Virus genome (UHGV): UHGV-0042229
Length of the DNA: 64,000 nucleotides
Strand: one strand, 5' to 3'
Source: a virus
Position numbers and translations under genes: made by a program. This document shows positions 9,580 through 20,617 of this stretch, one piece after another. The notes beneath the pieces are model-generated. The model did not search any database. It saw nothing but the letters and a program-made list of their open reading frames with translations, and was not told the origin of the DNA. Positions within the stretch are counted from its first letter, which is position 1. Each line of letters starts with the position of its first letter.

Positions 9580-11141
9580 ATGAAAATGACAAGTATTCAA
9601 CAACGTGCAGAGCTTCATCGTCAAATCTGGCAAATTGCTAACGATGTCAGGGGTTCGGTCGATGGATGGGATTTTAAGCAATACGTTCTGGGCGCACTTT
9701 TCTACCGTTTTATCAGCGAAAATTTTTCCAGCCATATGGAAGCCGGTGATGACAGTATCTGTTATGCGAAACTGGATGACAGCGTAATTACTGATGACAT
9801 TAAAGACGATGCCATCAAAACTAAAGGCTACTTCATCTACCCCAGTCAGCTTTTCTGCAACGTAGCTGCGAAAGCAAATACCAATGACAGACTGAATGCG
9901 GATTTAAACAGCATCTTCGTTGCTATCGAAAGTTCTGCTTACGGTTACCCTTCAGAAGCTGACATCAAAGGTTTGTTTGCTGATTTCGATACCACCAGTA
10001 ACCGCCTGGGTAACACCGTTAAGGATAAAAATGCCCGCCTGGCCGCGGTTCTGAAAGGGGTTGAAGGGTTAAAGCTTGGCGACTTTAACGAACATCAGAT
10101 TGACCTGTTCGGCGATGCCTATGAGTTCCTGATTTCTAACTATGCGGCAAATGCCGGTAAGTCAGGCGGTGAGTTCTTTACACCGCAGCACGTCTCCAAG
10201 CTGATTGCACAACTGGCTATGCACGGGCAGACCAGCGTTAACAAAATCTACGACCCGGCAGCGGGTTCCGGCTCACTGTTGTTGCAGGCGAAAAAACAGT
10301 TTGATAACCATATCATCGAAGAAGGTTTTTCGGTCAGGAAATCAACCATACGACCTATAACCTGGCGCGTATGAACATGTTTTTGCACAACATCAACTAC
10401 GACAAGTTTGATATCAAGCTGGGCAATACGCTGACTGAACCGCACTTCAGAGATGAAAAACCGTTTGATGCCATCGTTTCTAACCCGCCGTATTCGGTGA
10501 AATGGATTGGCAGCGATGACCCGACGCTGATTAACGATGAGCGTTTTGCCCCGGCTGGCGTTCTGGCCCCCAAATCCAAAGCTGACTTTGCGTTTGTATT
10601 ACATGCGCTGAACTATCTTTCGGCCAAAGGTCGTGCTGCGATTGTCTGCTTCCCGGGTATTTTTTACCGTGGCGGCGCAGAGCAGAAAATCCGTCAGTAT
10701 CTGGTCGATAATAACTATGTCGAAACCGTAATTTCACTGGCTCCGAACCTGTTCTTTGGCACCACCATTGCCGTAAACATTCTGGTTCTGTCCAAACATA
10801 AAACGGATACCAACGTTCAGTTTATTGATGCCAGCGAACTGTTCAAAAAAGAGACCAACAACAATATCCTGACCGATGCCCATATCGAACAGATTATGCA
10901 GGTATTTGCCAGCAAGGAAGATGTTGCTCATCTGGCGAAATCTGTTGCGTTTGAGACTGTTGTCGCGAATGACTATAACCTGTCGGTAAGCAGCTATGTG
11001 GAAGCCAAAGATACCCGCGAAGTTGTAGATATCACTGAACTGAATGCCGAACTGAAAACCACCGTCAGCAAAATCGACCAATTGCGCAAAGATATTGATG
11101 CGATTGTGGCTGAAATTGAAGGCTGCGAGGTGCAGAAATGA
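9580..11141 (+). pseudogene. hsdM: Type I R-M methyltransferase subunit HsdM (EcoR124-like), split by a -1 frameshift
   Basis: Track ORFs 9580-10374 (motif [11 protein letters not shown]) and 10371-11141 (motif IV NPPYS) are one HsdM. Frame breaks at GGTTTTTCGG (T5, 10326-10330): window reads [18 protein letters not shown], one extra T gives [25 protein letters not shown] joining the fragments. Confidence 0.8.
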
Positions 11142-12412
11142 GCGAGTTGAGTTATCTGGAAAAATTGCTGGATGGGGTTGAGGTTGAGTGGAAATCTTTG
11201 GGTGAAATTGCCACTAAAATTTACTCAGGGGGAACCCCGGATACAAAAAGAAAAGAGTATTGGGAGAATGGAACTATTCCCTGGATGAGTTCTGGCGAAG
11301 TGAACTTAAAAAATATTGAAAGGACAGAGAAATATATTACTGAGGCTGGATTAAATAACTCTAGTGCCAAATTAGTACCGAGAAACTCTGTAGTCATAGC
11401 CTTGGCTGGTCAGGGAAAAACTCGAGGTAAAGTAGCAAGAATCCGTATCGCATTAGCTACTAATCAATCACTTGCAGCACTTACATTTGATGAAAAGAAA
11501 TTCAGTTCCGATTACGTATTCCATTTTTTAGAGACTCAGTATGAGAGTTTGCGTCAAATATCATCTGGAAACAGCGGACGCGGCGGACTAAATCTGCAAA
11601 TGATTTCAGCATACAAAATCCCAATTCCCTGCCCGGATAATCCGGAAAAATCCCTTGCCATCCAGTCTGAAATCGTTCGGATTCTGGACAAATTCAGCGA
11701 GCTTACAGCAGAGCTTACAGCAGAGCTTAACATGCGTAAAAAACAGTACAACTACTATCGCGACCAGTTGTTGCGTTTTAAAGAGGGTGAGGTTGAGTGG
11801 AAGACTTTGGGGGAAATTGGAGATTTTACATATGGATATGCAGCCAAAGCCATGGATTCAGGAGATGCCCGTTTCGTGAGAATTACTGACATAAATAAAG
11901 ACGGGAAGCTATCGAAAGAAAACCCAATGTACGTTGAATTAAATGAGGAAAATGAGAAATATACCTTAGACAAAAATGATTTACTCATGGCAAGAACTGG
12001 GGCAACCTTTGGTAAAACAATGATTTTTGAAGAAGATTATCCAGCAGTATACGCTGGTTTTTTAATAAAGTTGAACCTAAATAAAACGATTATTAATGCC
12101 AAATATTACTGGCACTTTGCACAAAGTGATTTTTTTTGGGAACAGGCTAATAAATTAGTATCTGGTGGTGGGCAACCACAGTTTAATGCTAATGCACTGA
12201 AACAAGTCAGAGTACCTATTCCATACCCATCTCACCCTCAAAAATCTTTAGACGAACAGGGGCGTATTGTGGATATTCTGGATAAGTTTGATGCAATCGC
12301 AGCTTCCATCACCGAAGGTCTCCCGCGTGAAATCGAGTTGCGCCAGAAACAATACGAGTACTATCGTGATTTACTGTTCAGTTTCCCGAAACCTGAAACT
12401 GTCAGTAATTAA
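11138..12412 (+). CDS. hsdS: Type I R-M specificity subunit HsdS (424 aa), EcoR124 family
   Basis: ATGA overlap with hsdM; two target-recognition domains separated by a central region with tandem TAEL repeats. Confidence 0.88.
   Translation: MSELSYLEKLLDGVEVEWKSLGEIATKIYSGGTPDTKRKEYWENGTIPWMSSGEVNLKNIERTEKYITEAGLNNSSAKLVPRNSVVIALAGQGKTRGKVARIRIALATNQSLAALTFDEKKFSSDYVFHFLETQYESLRQISSGNSGRGGLNLQMISAYKIPIPCPDNPEKSLAIQSEIVRILDKFSELTAELTAELNMRKKQYNYYRDQLLRFKEGEVEWKTLGEIGDFTYGYAAKAMDSGDARFVRITDINKDGKLSKENPMYVELNEENEKYTLDKNDLLMARTGATFGKTMIFEEDYPAVYAGFLIKLNLNKTIINAKYYWHFAQSDFFWEQANKLVSGGGQPQFNANALKQVRVPIPYPSHPQKSLDEQGRIVDILDKFDAIAASITEGLPREIELRQKQYEYYRDLLFSFPKPETVSN
11705..11728 (+). repeat. Tandem 12-bp repeat (ACAGCAGAGCTT x2) encoding TAEL-TAEL in HsdS
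   Basis: acagcagagctt at 11705-11716 and 11717-11728. In EcoR124I/II the TAEL copy number (2 vs 3) sets the spacer length of the recognition sequence. Confidence 0.8.
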
Positions 12413-12533
12413 TTGACCATTGCTACCGACCGGACCACCTTAACATCCGGTCTGTATATAGACTATTTTTTACGTGCCGGAAGTCACCCTTAACTCCCTT
12501 CCGGCCCTTGCCAGACGGCACAAAGGATGCGCT

Positions 12534-15500
12534 ATGACTCATCAGACACACACTATTGCTGAATCCAATAACTTTATCGTCCTTGATAAGTACATCAAAG
12601 CTGAGCCAACAGGCGACAGCTACCAGAGCGAATCGGACCTGGAACGTGAACTGATTCAGGACCTGCGGAATCAGGGCTATGAATTTATATCCGTAAAATC
12701 TCAGTCGGCTATGCTGTCCAATGTTCGGGAACAGCTTCAGAGCCTCAATGGTGTGGTGTTTAATGACAGCGAGTGGCGGCGTTTCACGGAGCAGTATCTG
12801 GACAACCCGAGCGATGGCATTCTGGATAAAACCCGTAAAATCCATATCGACTATATCTGCGACTTTATTTTTGACGACGGGCGACTTGAGAACATCTATT
12901 TGATAGATAAAAAGAATCTCATGCGCAATAAGGTGCAGATTATCCAGCAGTTTGAACAGACGGGTTCTCATGCTAACCGTTATGACGTCACGATCCTGGT
13001 TAATGGCTTACCACTGGTACAAATCGAACTGAAAAAGCGCGGCGTGGCGATTCGTGAGGCTTTCAACCAGATACATCGTTACAGTAAAGAGAGTTTTAAC
13101 AGCGAAAATTCCCTGTTTAAGTATCTGCAACTGTTTGTCATTTCTAACGGCACCGATACCCGTTACTTTGCCAACACCACAAAGCGCGATAAAAACAGTT
13201 TTGATTTCACCATGAACTGGGCGAAATCAGACAACACGCTGATTAAAGACCTCAAAGACTTTACCGCTACCTTTTTCCAGAAACATACTCTGCTGAATGT
13301 TCTGGTGAACTACAGCGTGTTTGACAGTAGTCAGACGTTACTGGTGATGCGACCGTACCAGATTGCCGCCACCGAGCGCATTCTGTGGAAAATTAAGAGC
13401 TCCTTTACAGCGAAGAACTGGTCAAAACCGGAAAGCGGTGGGTATATCTGGCACACTACCGGTTCTGGTAAAACCCTTACCAGCTTTAAAGCCGCGCGTC
13501 TGGCAACAGAGCTGGACTTTATTGATAAAGTCTTCTTTGTGGTCGACAGAAAAGACCTCGATTACCAGACCATGAAGGAATATCAGCGTTTTTCGCCAGA
13601 CAGCGTCAACGGCTCGGAAAATACCGCAGGCCTTAAACGAAATCTGGATAAGGACGATAACAAAATTATCGTCACTACTATTCAGAAACTCAATAACCTG
13701 ATGAAAGCAGAAAGCGACCTGCCTGTATATAATCAGCAAGTGGTGTTCATATTTGATGAATGCCACCGCAGCCAGTTTGGAGAAGCGCAGAAAAACCTGA
13801 AGAAGAAATTCAAACGCTATTATCAGTTTGGTTTTACCGGCACCCCTATTTTCCCGGAAAACGCCTTAGGCTCAGAAACAACCGCCAGCGTATTTGGTCG
13901 TGAATTGCATTCGTATGTAATTACCGATGCGATTCGTGACGAAAAAGTGCTCAAATTCAAGGTGGACTACAACGATGTGCGGCCACAGTTTAAGTCTTTA
14001 GAGACAGAAACTGACGAGAAAAAACTAAGTGCGGCTGAAAATCAGCAGGCGTTTCTTCATCCCATGCGTATTCAGGAAATCACGCAATATATTCTGAATA
14101 ATTTCCGCCAGAAAACTCACCGTACCTTCCCTGGCTCAAAAGGTTTTAATGCTATGTTGGCAGTGAGCAGCGTGGATGCCGCGAAAGCCTATTATGCGAC
14201 GTTTAAACGGTTACAAGAAGAAGCCGCTAATAAATCGGCTACCTATAAACCGCTGCGTATTGCGACAATCTTCTCCTTTGCCGCCAATGAAGAACAAAAT
14301 GCCATTGGTGAAATTTCCGATGAAACTTTTGATACCAGCGCAATGGACAGCAGTGCTAAAGAGTTTCTGGACGCTGCAATTCGTGAATATAACAGCCATT
14401 TTAAAACTAACTTTAGCACCGACAGTAACGGTTTTCAGAACTACTATCGTGATTTAGCCCAGCGGGTTAAAAATCAGGATATCGATCTGCTAATTGTCGT
14501 GGGGATGTTTTTAACCGGCTTCGATGCTCCAACATTGAACACGCTATTCGTCGATAAAAACTTGCGTTTTCACGGCCTGATGCAGGCATTTTCCCGCACC
14601 AACCGTATTTATGATGCAACTAAAACCTTCGGTAATATCGTCACTTTCCGGGATCTGGAACGCTCAACTATTGATGCCATAACGCTGTTTGGTGACAAAA
14701 ACACCAAAAATGTGGTGTTAGAAAAGAGTTATACAGAGTATATGGAAGGCTTTACTGATGCTACTACTGGTGAAGCTAAACGCGGCTTCATGACAGTAGT
14801 TTCAGAACTGGAACAACGGTTCCCTGACCCTACCAGTATTGAAAGTGAAAAAGAGAAGAAAGACTTCGTTAAACTGTTTGGCGAATACCTGCGTGCCGAG
14901 AACATCCTGCAAAACTATGATGAATTTGCCACGCTAAAAGCCCTGCAACAAATCGATCTTAGCGATCCTGTTGCGGTAGAAAAATTCAAAGCAGAACATT
15001 ATGTGGATGATGAAAAGTTCGCTGAATTGCAAACAATTCGTCTCCCTGCTGATCGCAAGATTCAGGATTATCGTTCTGCCTATAACGATATTCGCGACTG
15101 GCAGCGCCGTGAGAAAGAAGCTGAGAAAAAAGAGAAATCAACCACTGACTGGGATGACGTAGTTTTTGAGGTCGATTTGCTGAAGTCTCAGGAAATAAAC
15201 CTGGATTATATCCTTGGACTGATTTTCGAACACAACAGACAAAATAAAGGCAAGGGCGAAATGATCGAAGAGGTCAAACGCTTAATTCGTTCAAGCCTAG
15301 GGAACCGTGCTAAAGAGGGCCTGGTGGTCGATTTTATTCAGCAAACGAACCTGGATGATTTACCGGACAAAGCCAGCATCATTGACGCATTCTTTACGTT
15401 TGCTCAACGCGAACAGCAACGTGAAGCAGAAGCATTGATAAAAGAAGAAAATCTCAATGAAGATGCAGCAAAACGCTATATTCGCACGTCTTTAAAACGC

Positions 15501-15650
15501 GAATATGCCACCGAAAATGGCACAGAATTAAACGAAACATTACCAAAACTTAGTCCGTTGAATCCGCAATATAAAACGAAAAAACAGGCAGTTTTCCAGA
15601 AAATCGTCTCGTTTATTGAGAAGTTTAAAGGGGTAGGCGGAAAAATATAG
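12534..15650 (+). CDS. hsdR: Type I restriction enzyme R subunit HsdR (1038 aa), EcoR124-like
   Basis: From ATG at 12534 with AAGGA RBS: [33 protein letters not shown]...; helicase motifs (TTGSGKT, DECHRSQ). Track ORF starts 20 codons upstream at GTG. Confidence 0.9.
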   Translation: MTHQTHTIAESNNFIVLDKYIKAEPTGDSYQSESDLERELIQDLRNQGYEFISVKSQSAMLSNVREQLQSLNGVVFNDSEWRRFTEQYLDNPSDGILDKTRKIHIDYICDFIFDDGRLENIYLIDKKNLMRNKVQIIQQFEQTGSHANRYDVTILVNGLPLVQIELKKRGVAIREAFNQIHRYSKESFNSENSLFKYLQLFVISNGTDTRYFANTTKRDKNSFDFTMNWAKSDNTLIKDLKDFTATFFQKHTLLNVLVNYSVFDSSQTLLVMRPYQIAATERILWKIKSSFTAKNWSKPESGGYIWHTTGSGKTLTSFKAARLATELDFIDKVFFVVDRKDLDYQTMKEYQRFSPDSVNGSENTAGLKRNLDKDDNKIIVTTIQKLNNLMKAESDLPVYNQQVVFIFDECHRSQFGEAQKNLKKKFKRYYQFGFTGTPIFPENALGSETTASVFGRELHSYVITDAIRDEKVLKFKVDYNDVRPQFKSLETETDEKKLSAAENQQAFLHPMRIQEITQYILNNFRQKTHRTFPGSKGFNAMLAVSSVDAAKAYYATFKRLQEEAANKSATYKPLRIATIFSFAANEEQNAIGEISDETFDTSAMDSSAKEFLDAAIREYNSHFKTNFSTDSNGFQNYYRDLAQRVKNQDIDLLIVVGMFLTGFDAPTLNTLFVDKNLRFHGLMQAFSRTNRIYDATKTFGNIVTFRDLERSTIDAITLFGDKNTKNVVLEKSYTEYMEGFTDATTGEAKRGFMTVVSELEQRFPDPTSIESEKEKKDFVKLFGEYLRAENILQNYDEFATLKALQQIDLSDPVAVEKFKAEHYVDDEKFAELQTIRLPADRKIQDYRSAYNDIRDWQRREKEAEKKEKSTTDWDDVVFEVDLLKSQEINLDYILGLIFEHNRQNKGKGEMIEEVKRLIRSSLGNRAKEGLVVDFIQQTNLDDLPDKASIIDAFFTFAQREQQREAEALIKEENLNEDAAKRYIRTSLKREYATENGTELNETLPKLSPLNPQYKTKKQAVFQKIVSFIEKFKGVGGKI

Positions 15651-15729
15651 CCCAATTCGTGTTTTTCTTGCGGGTTCTTTATTAAACCCGCAAGAGATCG
15701 TGGGGTTCCAAATGGCTAATATACTCCCC

Positions 15730-15816
15730 TTACCCATGCGCGACGATGCCGCCAAAAGTGATAGAGAACAGCCAGAAATAGATCGTGGCCATAATGATTT
15801 TGAATGCCGTGTTCAT
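15730..15816 (-). CDS. Hypothetical 28-aa hydrophobic peptide MNTAFKIIMATIYFWLFSITFGGIVAHG
   Basis: ATG at 15816 with GGAG RBS 8 nt upstream; single predicted TM helix; lies downstream (minus strand) of the C1 operator at 15899-15915. Confidence 0.3.
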   Translation of the reverse strand: MNTAFKIIMATIYFWLFSITFGGIVAHG

Positions 15817-15844
15817 ATTTTCAGCTCCAGTGATTGATTGGATA

Positions 15845-15875
15845 CATGCCGCGCCTTGCGGCATGTTTTTATTTT
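15845..15875 (+). terminator. Rho-independent terminator after the hsd operon
   Basis: Stem catgccgc/gcggcatg with 5-nt loop followed by tttttatttt. Confidence 0.6.
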
Positions 15876-15898
15876 CACTTTCTCTGTTTTAAAAATCA

Positions 15899-15915
15899 AG
15901 ATTTATTAGAGCAAT
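15899..15915 (-). promoter_or_regulatory. C1 operator-like site
   Basis: agatttattagagcaat, 16/17 to reverse-complement consensus; followed on the minus strand by TTGATT-N17-GAAAAT. Confidence 0.6.
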
Positions 15916-16421
15916 TATTGTTGATGGAGAAGCGCGTTTTCATACTCCCTGACCATTAACGTAAGTACGCCGTGACTCCTGAAAACACGCGCCACTTCAA
16001 TCTTATCTTCCAGCGCGAACGCGATTTTACTTAGACCAATTTTCTTAAGGAGATCAATCTTTGCTGGGCCGTCATTTCTGTCATCGGTGGCAGGACGCAT
16101 AGATAGCAAAGGCTCAGCCCCATTTGTTACGTGCTTACGCAACCAGGCTCGTGTTTTATCCCTGGCTATCTCACAGCGCCCGGTTACAAACCAGAGGGTG
16201 TAAATGCCGGACAACTGGCGCACCATATCAATAACTGGAGTGATGGGAGCATCAGTGTCACAGGCGAGATTAAACTCGTTCCAGTCCTTTGTTAATGCAC
16301 CTTTACCTGGTGGCGGAAGCAAATGCAGTCTGTCTTCAGTTGCCTCTGATATTGTTCCATCAATATCGACTATGACGATATACGGACGTTCCTGGTGTGC
16401 GTGTTTATTGAAAATACTCAA
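15915..16421 (-). CDS. HAD-superfamily phosphatase (168 aa); P1 pap-like position
   Basis: N-terminal VIVDIDGTIS (DxDGT motif I of HAD hydrolases). Confidence 0.65.
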   Translation of the reverse strand: MSIFNKHAHQERPYIVIVDIDGTISEATEDRLHLLPPPGKGALTKDWNEFNLACDTDAPITPVIDMVRQLSGIYTLWFVTGRCEIARDKTRAWLRKHVTNGAEPLLSMRPATDDRNDGPAKIDLLKKIGLSKIAFALEDKIEVARVFRSHGVLTLMVREYENALLHQQ

Positions 16422-16494
16422 ATGCCCTCCTCATTGGACGAAAAAAAATGCTGGTGGGCGCACTCCACCAGCATTAAAAGTGACACTGTAACTA

Positions 16495-17757
16495 TCAGCG
16501 GACGTAAATAGTGCCGCAGTTCTCTTTTTCCCATGCATCGCTACGTGCATAGCAAACATCGAGAAGTCTTCTTGCCGCTGTTTCCTCTAAACCCAATTCG
16601 ACAACCAACTGCTCATGACGGCGGGTAACCACATCAAACAGGGTATGCAACCCTTTAGTTGCCAGATCATCAATGAATTCCGGTTCGAACGGCAGCTCTG
16701 CATCTGCCAACATAACCTCTTGCGCCCACTCAACTCGACGGACCAATTCCGGGCGGCGGCTTTCCATCTCTTTACAGATCAATTCATGGAAGAACTCTAC
16801 CCAACCTTCCGGCTGGAACTCGCGGAAAATTGCCAACGGCTGGAAGTTTGGCATCAACCATTCGTTGATTCGGATATCAATGGCATAGCCCATGTCGCAG
16901 CAGAACTGATAAGCAAAGTCCAGCTTAGAAACGATATAAGGACGCTCGTTATTGAACTCTTTAGGCGATGAGATCCCATAAGCCAGGAGGCGCGGGAAGA
17001 AGGAGATTTGCCCTAACGTCGGATGAAGTTTGCTTGCAGGGAAACGGCGCTCAGTAATGCCATACATTTCCTTCTTGAGCGTCGCAAATTTGGCATTCTC
17101 ATTAACCAGCGCGGTAACCTCTGCTTTTTTATTAGCAAATGCCACGCGCGCTTCGCTTGCATCTTTAATAGTTTTTTTGAGCTGTTGGTTAAGGTCGGCG
17201 ACCTGCTTACGCAGTTCCTGTCGCTCGCTTTTAGCTTTGTTATAGCGTTTCTCAAGGTTAAAAGGATCAAGTTTCATGATCTCTTTATATTGAGATTTTA
17301 GCGTTGAAATCTGTGAGTTCCGCAGTTCAACCATCGCGGTCATTTCATTGAGTTTTGTTTCCAGCTCAATGCTTATACGTTCGGCATTATCAGCACGCTG
17401 GTTGGCGTCATGCGTCGCATCGTCGATCGCGTCCTGTTGCTGGCGTTTCAAATGTTCAATTTGCAGCTGAAGCTCTTCAATTTCTTTACCCTTCAGACCG
17501 AGATCCAACTGCATATTTTCAGCTGCATCTACCAGGGAGTTATGGCTATCAGCTTCTGCGTTATAAACATCAATAAGCTGTGCGTGAAGCATCTCCGCTG
17601 ACTGAACCGCATTATCAAAAAAACGCGCTGTGAGGTCATCACAACTAACGCGGCGTTGCGCGGCCCGGATGTTCTGGATAATGGCCGGGATACCGGCATT
17701 CAGGACGTCAGGGATAGATACATTTTCGATTGATTGGTTTTGTGCTGAAGTGATCAT
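16495..17757 (-). CDS. Hypothetical protein (420 aa), central coiled-coil
   Basis: ORF track; heptad-rich region ~residues 90-200; no family recognised. Confidence 0.55.
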   Translation of the reverse strand: MITSAQNQSIENVSIPDVLNAGIPAIIQNIRAAQRRVSCDDLTARFFDNAVQSAEMLHAQLIDVYNAEADSHNSLVDAAENMQLDLGLKGKEIEELQLQIEHLKRQQQDAIDDATHDANQRADNAERISIELETKLNEMTAMVELRNSQISTLKSQYKEIMKLDPFNLEKRYNKAKSERQELRKQVADLNQQLKKTIKDASEARVAFANKKAEVTALVNENAKFATLKKEMYGITERRFPASKLHPTLGQISFFPRLLAYGISSPKEFNNERPYIVSKLDFAYQFCCDMGYAIDIRINEWLMPNFQPLAIFREFQPEGWVEFFHELICKEMESRRPELVRRVEWAQEVMLADAELPFEPEFIDDLATKGLHTLFDVVTRRHEQLVVELGLEETAARRLLDVCYARSDAWEKENCGTIYVR

Positions 17758-17758
17758 T

Positions 17759-17977
17759 TCAAAGTTCCGTATTAGCTTGTGCTTCGGTCATTTTTCCTAA
17801 GTATGAAGGAGGAAGGACTACGCAATTTGTATCCAGTCCCTCACCTATGGCAGCCTGTAAAATTCTGGCTAAGGTGAGTCTCTTGTTGCGATACCTGGTG
17901 ATGACATGCCTGATACCGCCGGTCGGCGTAACAAAGGCGATCAGCCAGTAGTGATATTTCCGTCGGAATGGCCACAT
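17759..17977 (-). CDS. Hypothetical protein (72 aa)
   Basis: ORF track; first gene downstream of the operator pair at 17992-18057. Confidence 0.35.
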   Translation of the reverse strand: MWPFRRKYHYWLIAFVTPTGGIRHVITRYRNKRLTLARILQAAIGEGLDTNCVVLPPSYLGKMTEAQANTEL

Positions 17978-17991
17978 AGTGCACCTTGTAG

Positions 17992-18008
17992 ATTGCTCTA
18001 ATAAAAAA
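17992..18008 (+). promoter_or_regulatory. C1 operator-like site
   Basis: attgctctaataaaaaa, 14/17. Confidence 0.45.
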
Positions 18009-18032
18009 CGTGATGAGTGTACATCACGTTTT
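18008..18032. terminator. Bidirectional rho-independent terminator
   Basis: Stem acgtgatg/catcacgt, loop agtgta; A6 upstream and T4 downstream. Confidence 0.5.
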
Positions 18033-18040
18033 AAAAATAT

Positions 18041-18057
18041 GGAATTATTAGAGCAAT
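18041..18057 (-). promoter_or_regulatory. C1 operator-like site
   Basis: ggaattattagagcaat, 14/17 to reverse-complement consensus. Confidence 0.45.
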
Positions 18058-18058
18058 A

Positions 18059-18760
18059 TTATTCTGATTCTCGCTCAAAAAATGAGCTGATAAGGGGAAG
18101 CCAATCCTCTGACACTTCGCGAGGTCGCGGTTTGCCGTGGAAAAAGATTATTCGGCAGTCTTTTGGTAATGCCCCATTCCCCCTGGAGTAACGCGCGCTC
18201 GCATATTTTGAACCAGGTTCCACAACATCGGCCTTGTAACTTACAAACCATCCTGGATACAGATCCTGAAATGCTGGTGTATCATCGCCCATAACCTTTC
18301 GTAAGAACCCCTGGTCACCCCAGCACTCAGTAGTGACACAACGAGAAATCCAACCTTCCGGATCTTGCCAGAATGAACTCCAGATATGCGCTTTAACACT
18401 ATTTGGTATCCACAGGGCACCGCTGCCACGATATTGTGGATGGTAAAAATCCCTAAGCATGGTGAAGCTGGTTGGTGGATGCTCTAGGATTGGGCGTATA
18501 TCACCGGCAATAACCGTGTCCAAATCCAGATAGAACAGATCATCGGTTATATCCGGTCGGAACAACTCTATTTTCGCCCACCAGCCACGGCACTTTTGCC
18601 ACTGGTTGATCAATGGGACAACTTTGACGCCAGGTACATGTAAACGCTTCAGGTCTGTCAGGCAAATAATTTCATAGCCTTTTGGCAGTTGATTAACCAG
18701 CCACTGCACATCGGAAGCGTTATAGTCACCACCAGAGCGAAAAACTAAAGCAATCTTCAT
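18059..18760 (-). CDS. Hypothetical protein (233 aa) with DxD-type motif, possible nucleotide-sugar transferase
   Basis: ORF track; FYLDLDTVI motif; weak assignment. Confidence 0.45.
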   Translation of the reverse strand: MKIALVFRSGGDYNASDVQWLVNQLPKGYEIICLTDLKRLHVPGVKVVPLINQWQKCRGWWAKIELFRPDITDDLFYLDLDTVIAGDIRPILEHPPTSFTMLRDFYHPQYRGSGALWIPNSVKAHIWSSFWQDPEGWISRCVTTECWGDQGFLRKVMGDDTPAFQDLYPGWFVSYKADVVEPGSKYASARYSRGNGALPKDCRIIFFHGKPRPREVSEDWLPLISSFFERESE

Positions 18761-19449
18761 GCTGCACCATCACCTTTCACTTTCATCAATGTCAGGTTTC
18801 CGCAAAATACGGCACCAGTGTCGATATACTGCTGATTCCAGAATGTCTTCGGGCTTTTCACCGGAGTGTGACCAAAGATAAAACGATCTGCGCCCGAAAT
18901 TTCGCCACCAATATCATCCATCGAATCACTGATACGCTCGCGCGCCCAGACAACGTTGAAAAGCGGCACCTCCTTACCGAATTGGTATTCATTATCCGGA
19001 TAGTCGGCATGGGCTATAACGATAGTTTCTTGCCCGGTGTTCAACTCAATGATATAGGGCAGACGCTTTACCAGCTCCACCAGCGCCCAGGCTAATATTT
19101 CCTGATCAGTGTCCAGCATGAAGAACCATTGTCCGCCATTCATTAGCCAGTTATTCACGTTGCCATCTGGACTTAACGCATCAATCATCAGCCGCTCATG
19201 GTTCCCCATCACTGCCCTGAACCAGGGCATCTGCAATAGTTCCAGACATTCGACATTTTCAGTACCGCGATCGATAAGGTCGCCGACCGATATCAGTAAA
19301 TCCTGCGCCGGGTCAAAATCCACACGATGGAGTTCGGACATCAGTCTGGTGTAGCAACCATGCAGATCACCAACAACCCAGACATTCCTGTATTTGGTAC
19401 CGTCGATACGGTGATAAATTGTGGGTGCCATCATGTATTCTTCAGCCAT
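18757..19449 (-). CDS. Ser/Thr protein phosphatase, lambda-PPase-like metallophosphatase (230 aa)
   Basis: Motifs [26 protein letters not shown]; position consistent with P1 ppp. Confidence 0.8.
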   Translation of the reverse strand: MAEEYMMAPTIYHRIDGTKYRNVWVVGDLHGCYTRLMSELHRVDFDPAQDLLISVGDLIDRGTENVECLELLQMPWFRAVMGNHERLMIDALSPDGNVNNWLMNGGQWFFMLDTDQEILAWALVELVKRLPYIIELNTGQETIVIAHADYPDNEYQFGKEVPLFNVVWARERISDSMDDIGGEISGADRFIFGHTPVKSPKTFWNQQYIDTGAVFCGNLTLMKVKGDGAA

Positions 19450-20057
19450 TCTTTAAGAGTCATCTGCGGAATACCTCCCATTTTCCCGCATGAAACAACG
19501 TCAATCCGTTCACGCGCAGACTGGAATAACAAAGGCAGGTGACTTAGATTTTTTGGCGTGCCGCCGGAGTGAACGCGTGGTTCTTGTGTAGCGTCAACGC
19601 CCACCAGGGCGACATGTTTGAATCCGATATGGAAAGCCAGGTTCAGAGCGCCATATGCACTATTGCCGCTGGCAATTTCATTCTCATCTTCGCAAAGTCC
19701 GAAATGTGCGGACCAGCGCCACGCCCACCACTCGGGAGAATTCGTATTTTTTGGCTCCATGCCACGTTCAGCCACACGACGGAAGCACAGAACGCCGTCT
19801 CTGACTTCACGTTCTTTAACATCGGGTAGTGCCATGCAATAACAAACACCACGGCGACGGCGGCCACGACCAACGCGCCGCATATTGTCTGGCGATGGAT
19901 CAAGTGTGAAAAAATAAGAAGCGCGGTTCAGCCAGTCGATGGCCCCATTGACCGCTATAATCGGCACTCCGCGCGGCGCAACAAAGTTTGCGGCGCTTGG
20001 GCCACTGCCGACGATAATAACGCGATCACTGCCTCTAAATTTATTCTTGGGAAACAT
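19431..20057 (-). CDS. Hypothetical protein (208 aa), paralog of upstream gene
   Basis: N-terminal [14 protein letters not shown]...[11 protein letters not shown] mirrors IFCVGSGPSLTRED...IIAVNNSWQMF of 19955-20617; Rossmann-like GSGPS motif. Confidence 0.5.
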   Translation of the reverse strand: MFPKNKFRGSDRVIIVGSGPSAANFVAPRGVPIIAVNGAIDWLNRASYFFTLDPSPDNMRRVGRGRRRRGVCYCMALPDVKEREVRDGVLCFRRVAERGMEPKNTNSPEWWAWRWSAHFGLCEDENEIASGNSAYGALNLAFHIGFKHVALVGVDATQEPRVHSGGTPKNLSHLPLLFQSARERIDVVSCGKMGGIPQMTLKEWLKNT

Positions 20058-20617
20058 TGAATTGCACTGCTCCTACTTGCATTCAAAATATGTAAATCTG
20101 CGTGTTTTTTGCGGGTATCCAGGAACTGCTGTTGCCATTTTGAAATAGACACCTGCGTTGGATTCCGTAGGGCTTGAGGGTGCGCGCCATGCCAATGAAG
20201 GCCGTTTTGCAGAGAACAGTCATAGCCGACTAATACAACTACTTCAGCCCCTGATTCAGCAGCCAGACTGATAGCCTGCGCGCCGCTATTTACCCCTTCC
20301 GCCGGTCCACAATATCGCCTGTACTCCAACGAAAATGATTTCGCCGCCGCCAGGTTGGCTGTCACTTTGCGGAATTTCCCTCCCGGTATGGTGGATCCGT
20401 ATTGCTTCCACCATGACAAATCACCGGCGTATAAGGCATAAATGTCATCGAACATCTGCCAGGAATTGTTAACCGCGATGATTGAACAGCCAGTTTTTTC
20501 TATAGCAGCACAGTCCTCACGAGTGAGTGACGGACCGCTACCGACACAAAAAATAGTCCTAGTCGCCCTGGGTGGTATGTTCATTCTCAGCTGCAAATTC
20601 AGCCTCCAGGCGAGCAT
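19955..20617 (-). CDS. Hypothetical protein (220 aa), paralog of downstream gene
   Basis: See 19431-20057; the two ORFs overlap by about 100 nt. Confidence 0.5.
   Translation of the reverse strand: MLAWRLNLQLRMNIPPRATRTIFCVGSGPSLTREDCAAIEKTGCSIIAVNNSWQMFDDIYALYAGDLSWWKQYGSTIPGGKFRKVTANLAAAKSFSLEYRRYCGPAEGVNSGAQAISLAAESGAEVVVLVGYDCSLQNGLHWHGAHPQALRNPTQVSISKWQQQFLDTRKKHADLHILNASRSSAIQCFPRINLEAVIALLSSAVAQAPQTLLRRAECRL

Noticed and set aside
12423-12971. Track ORF (182 aa, minus strand) overlapping the hsdS-hsdR junction
   Set aside because: Antisense to the 5' end of the well-supported hsdR; no independent support.
15667-15694. 10-bp perfect stem-loop (cttgcgggtt...aacccgcaag) right after hsdR as a terminator
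   Set aside because: No U-tract follows on either strand; the hsd operon terminator is better assigned to 15845-15875. Kept only as a possible RNA-stability element.
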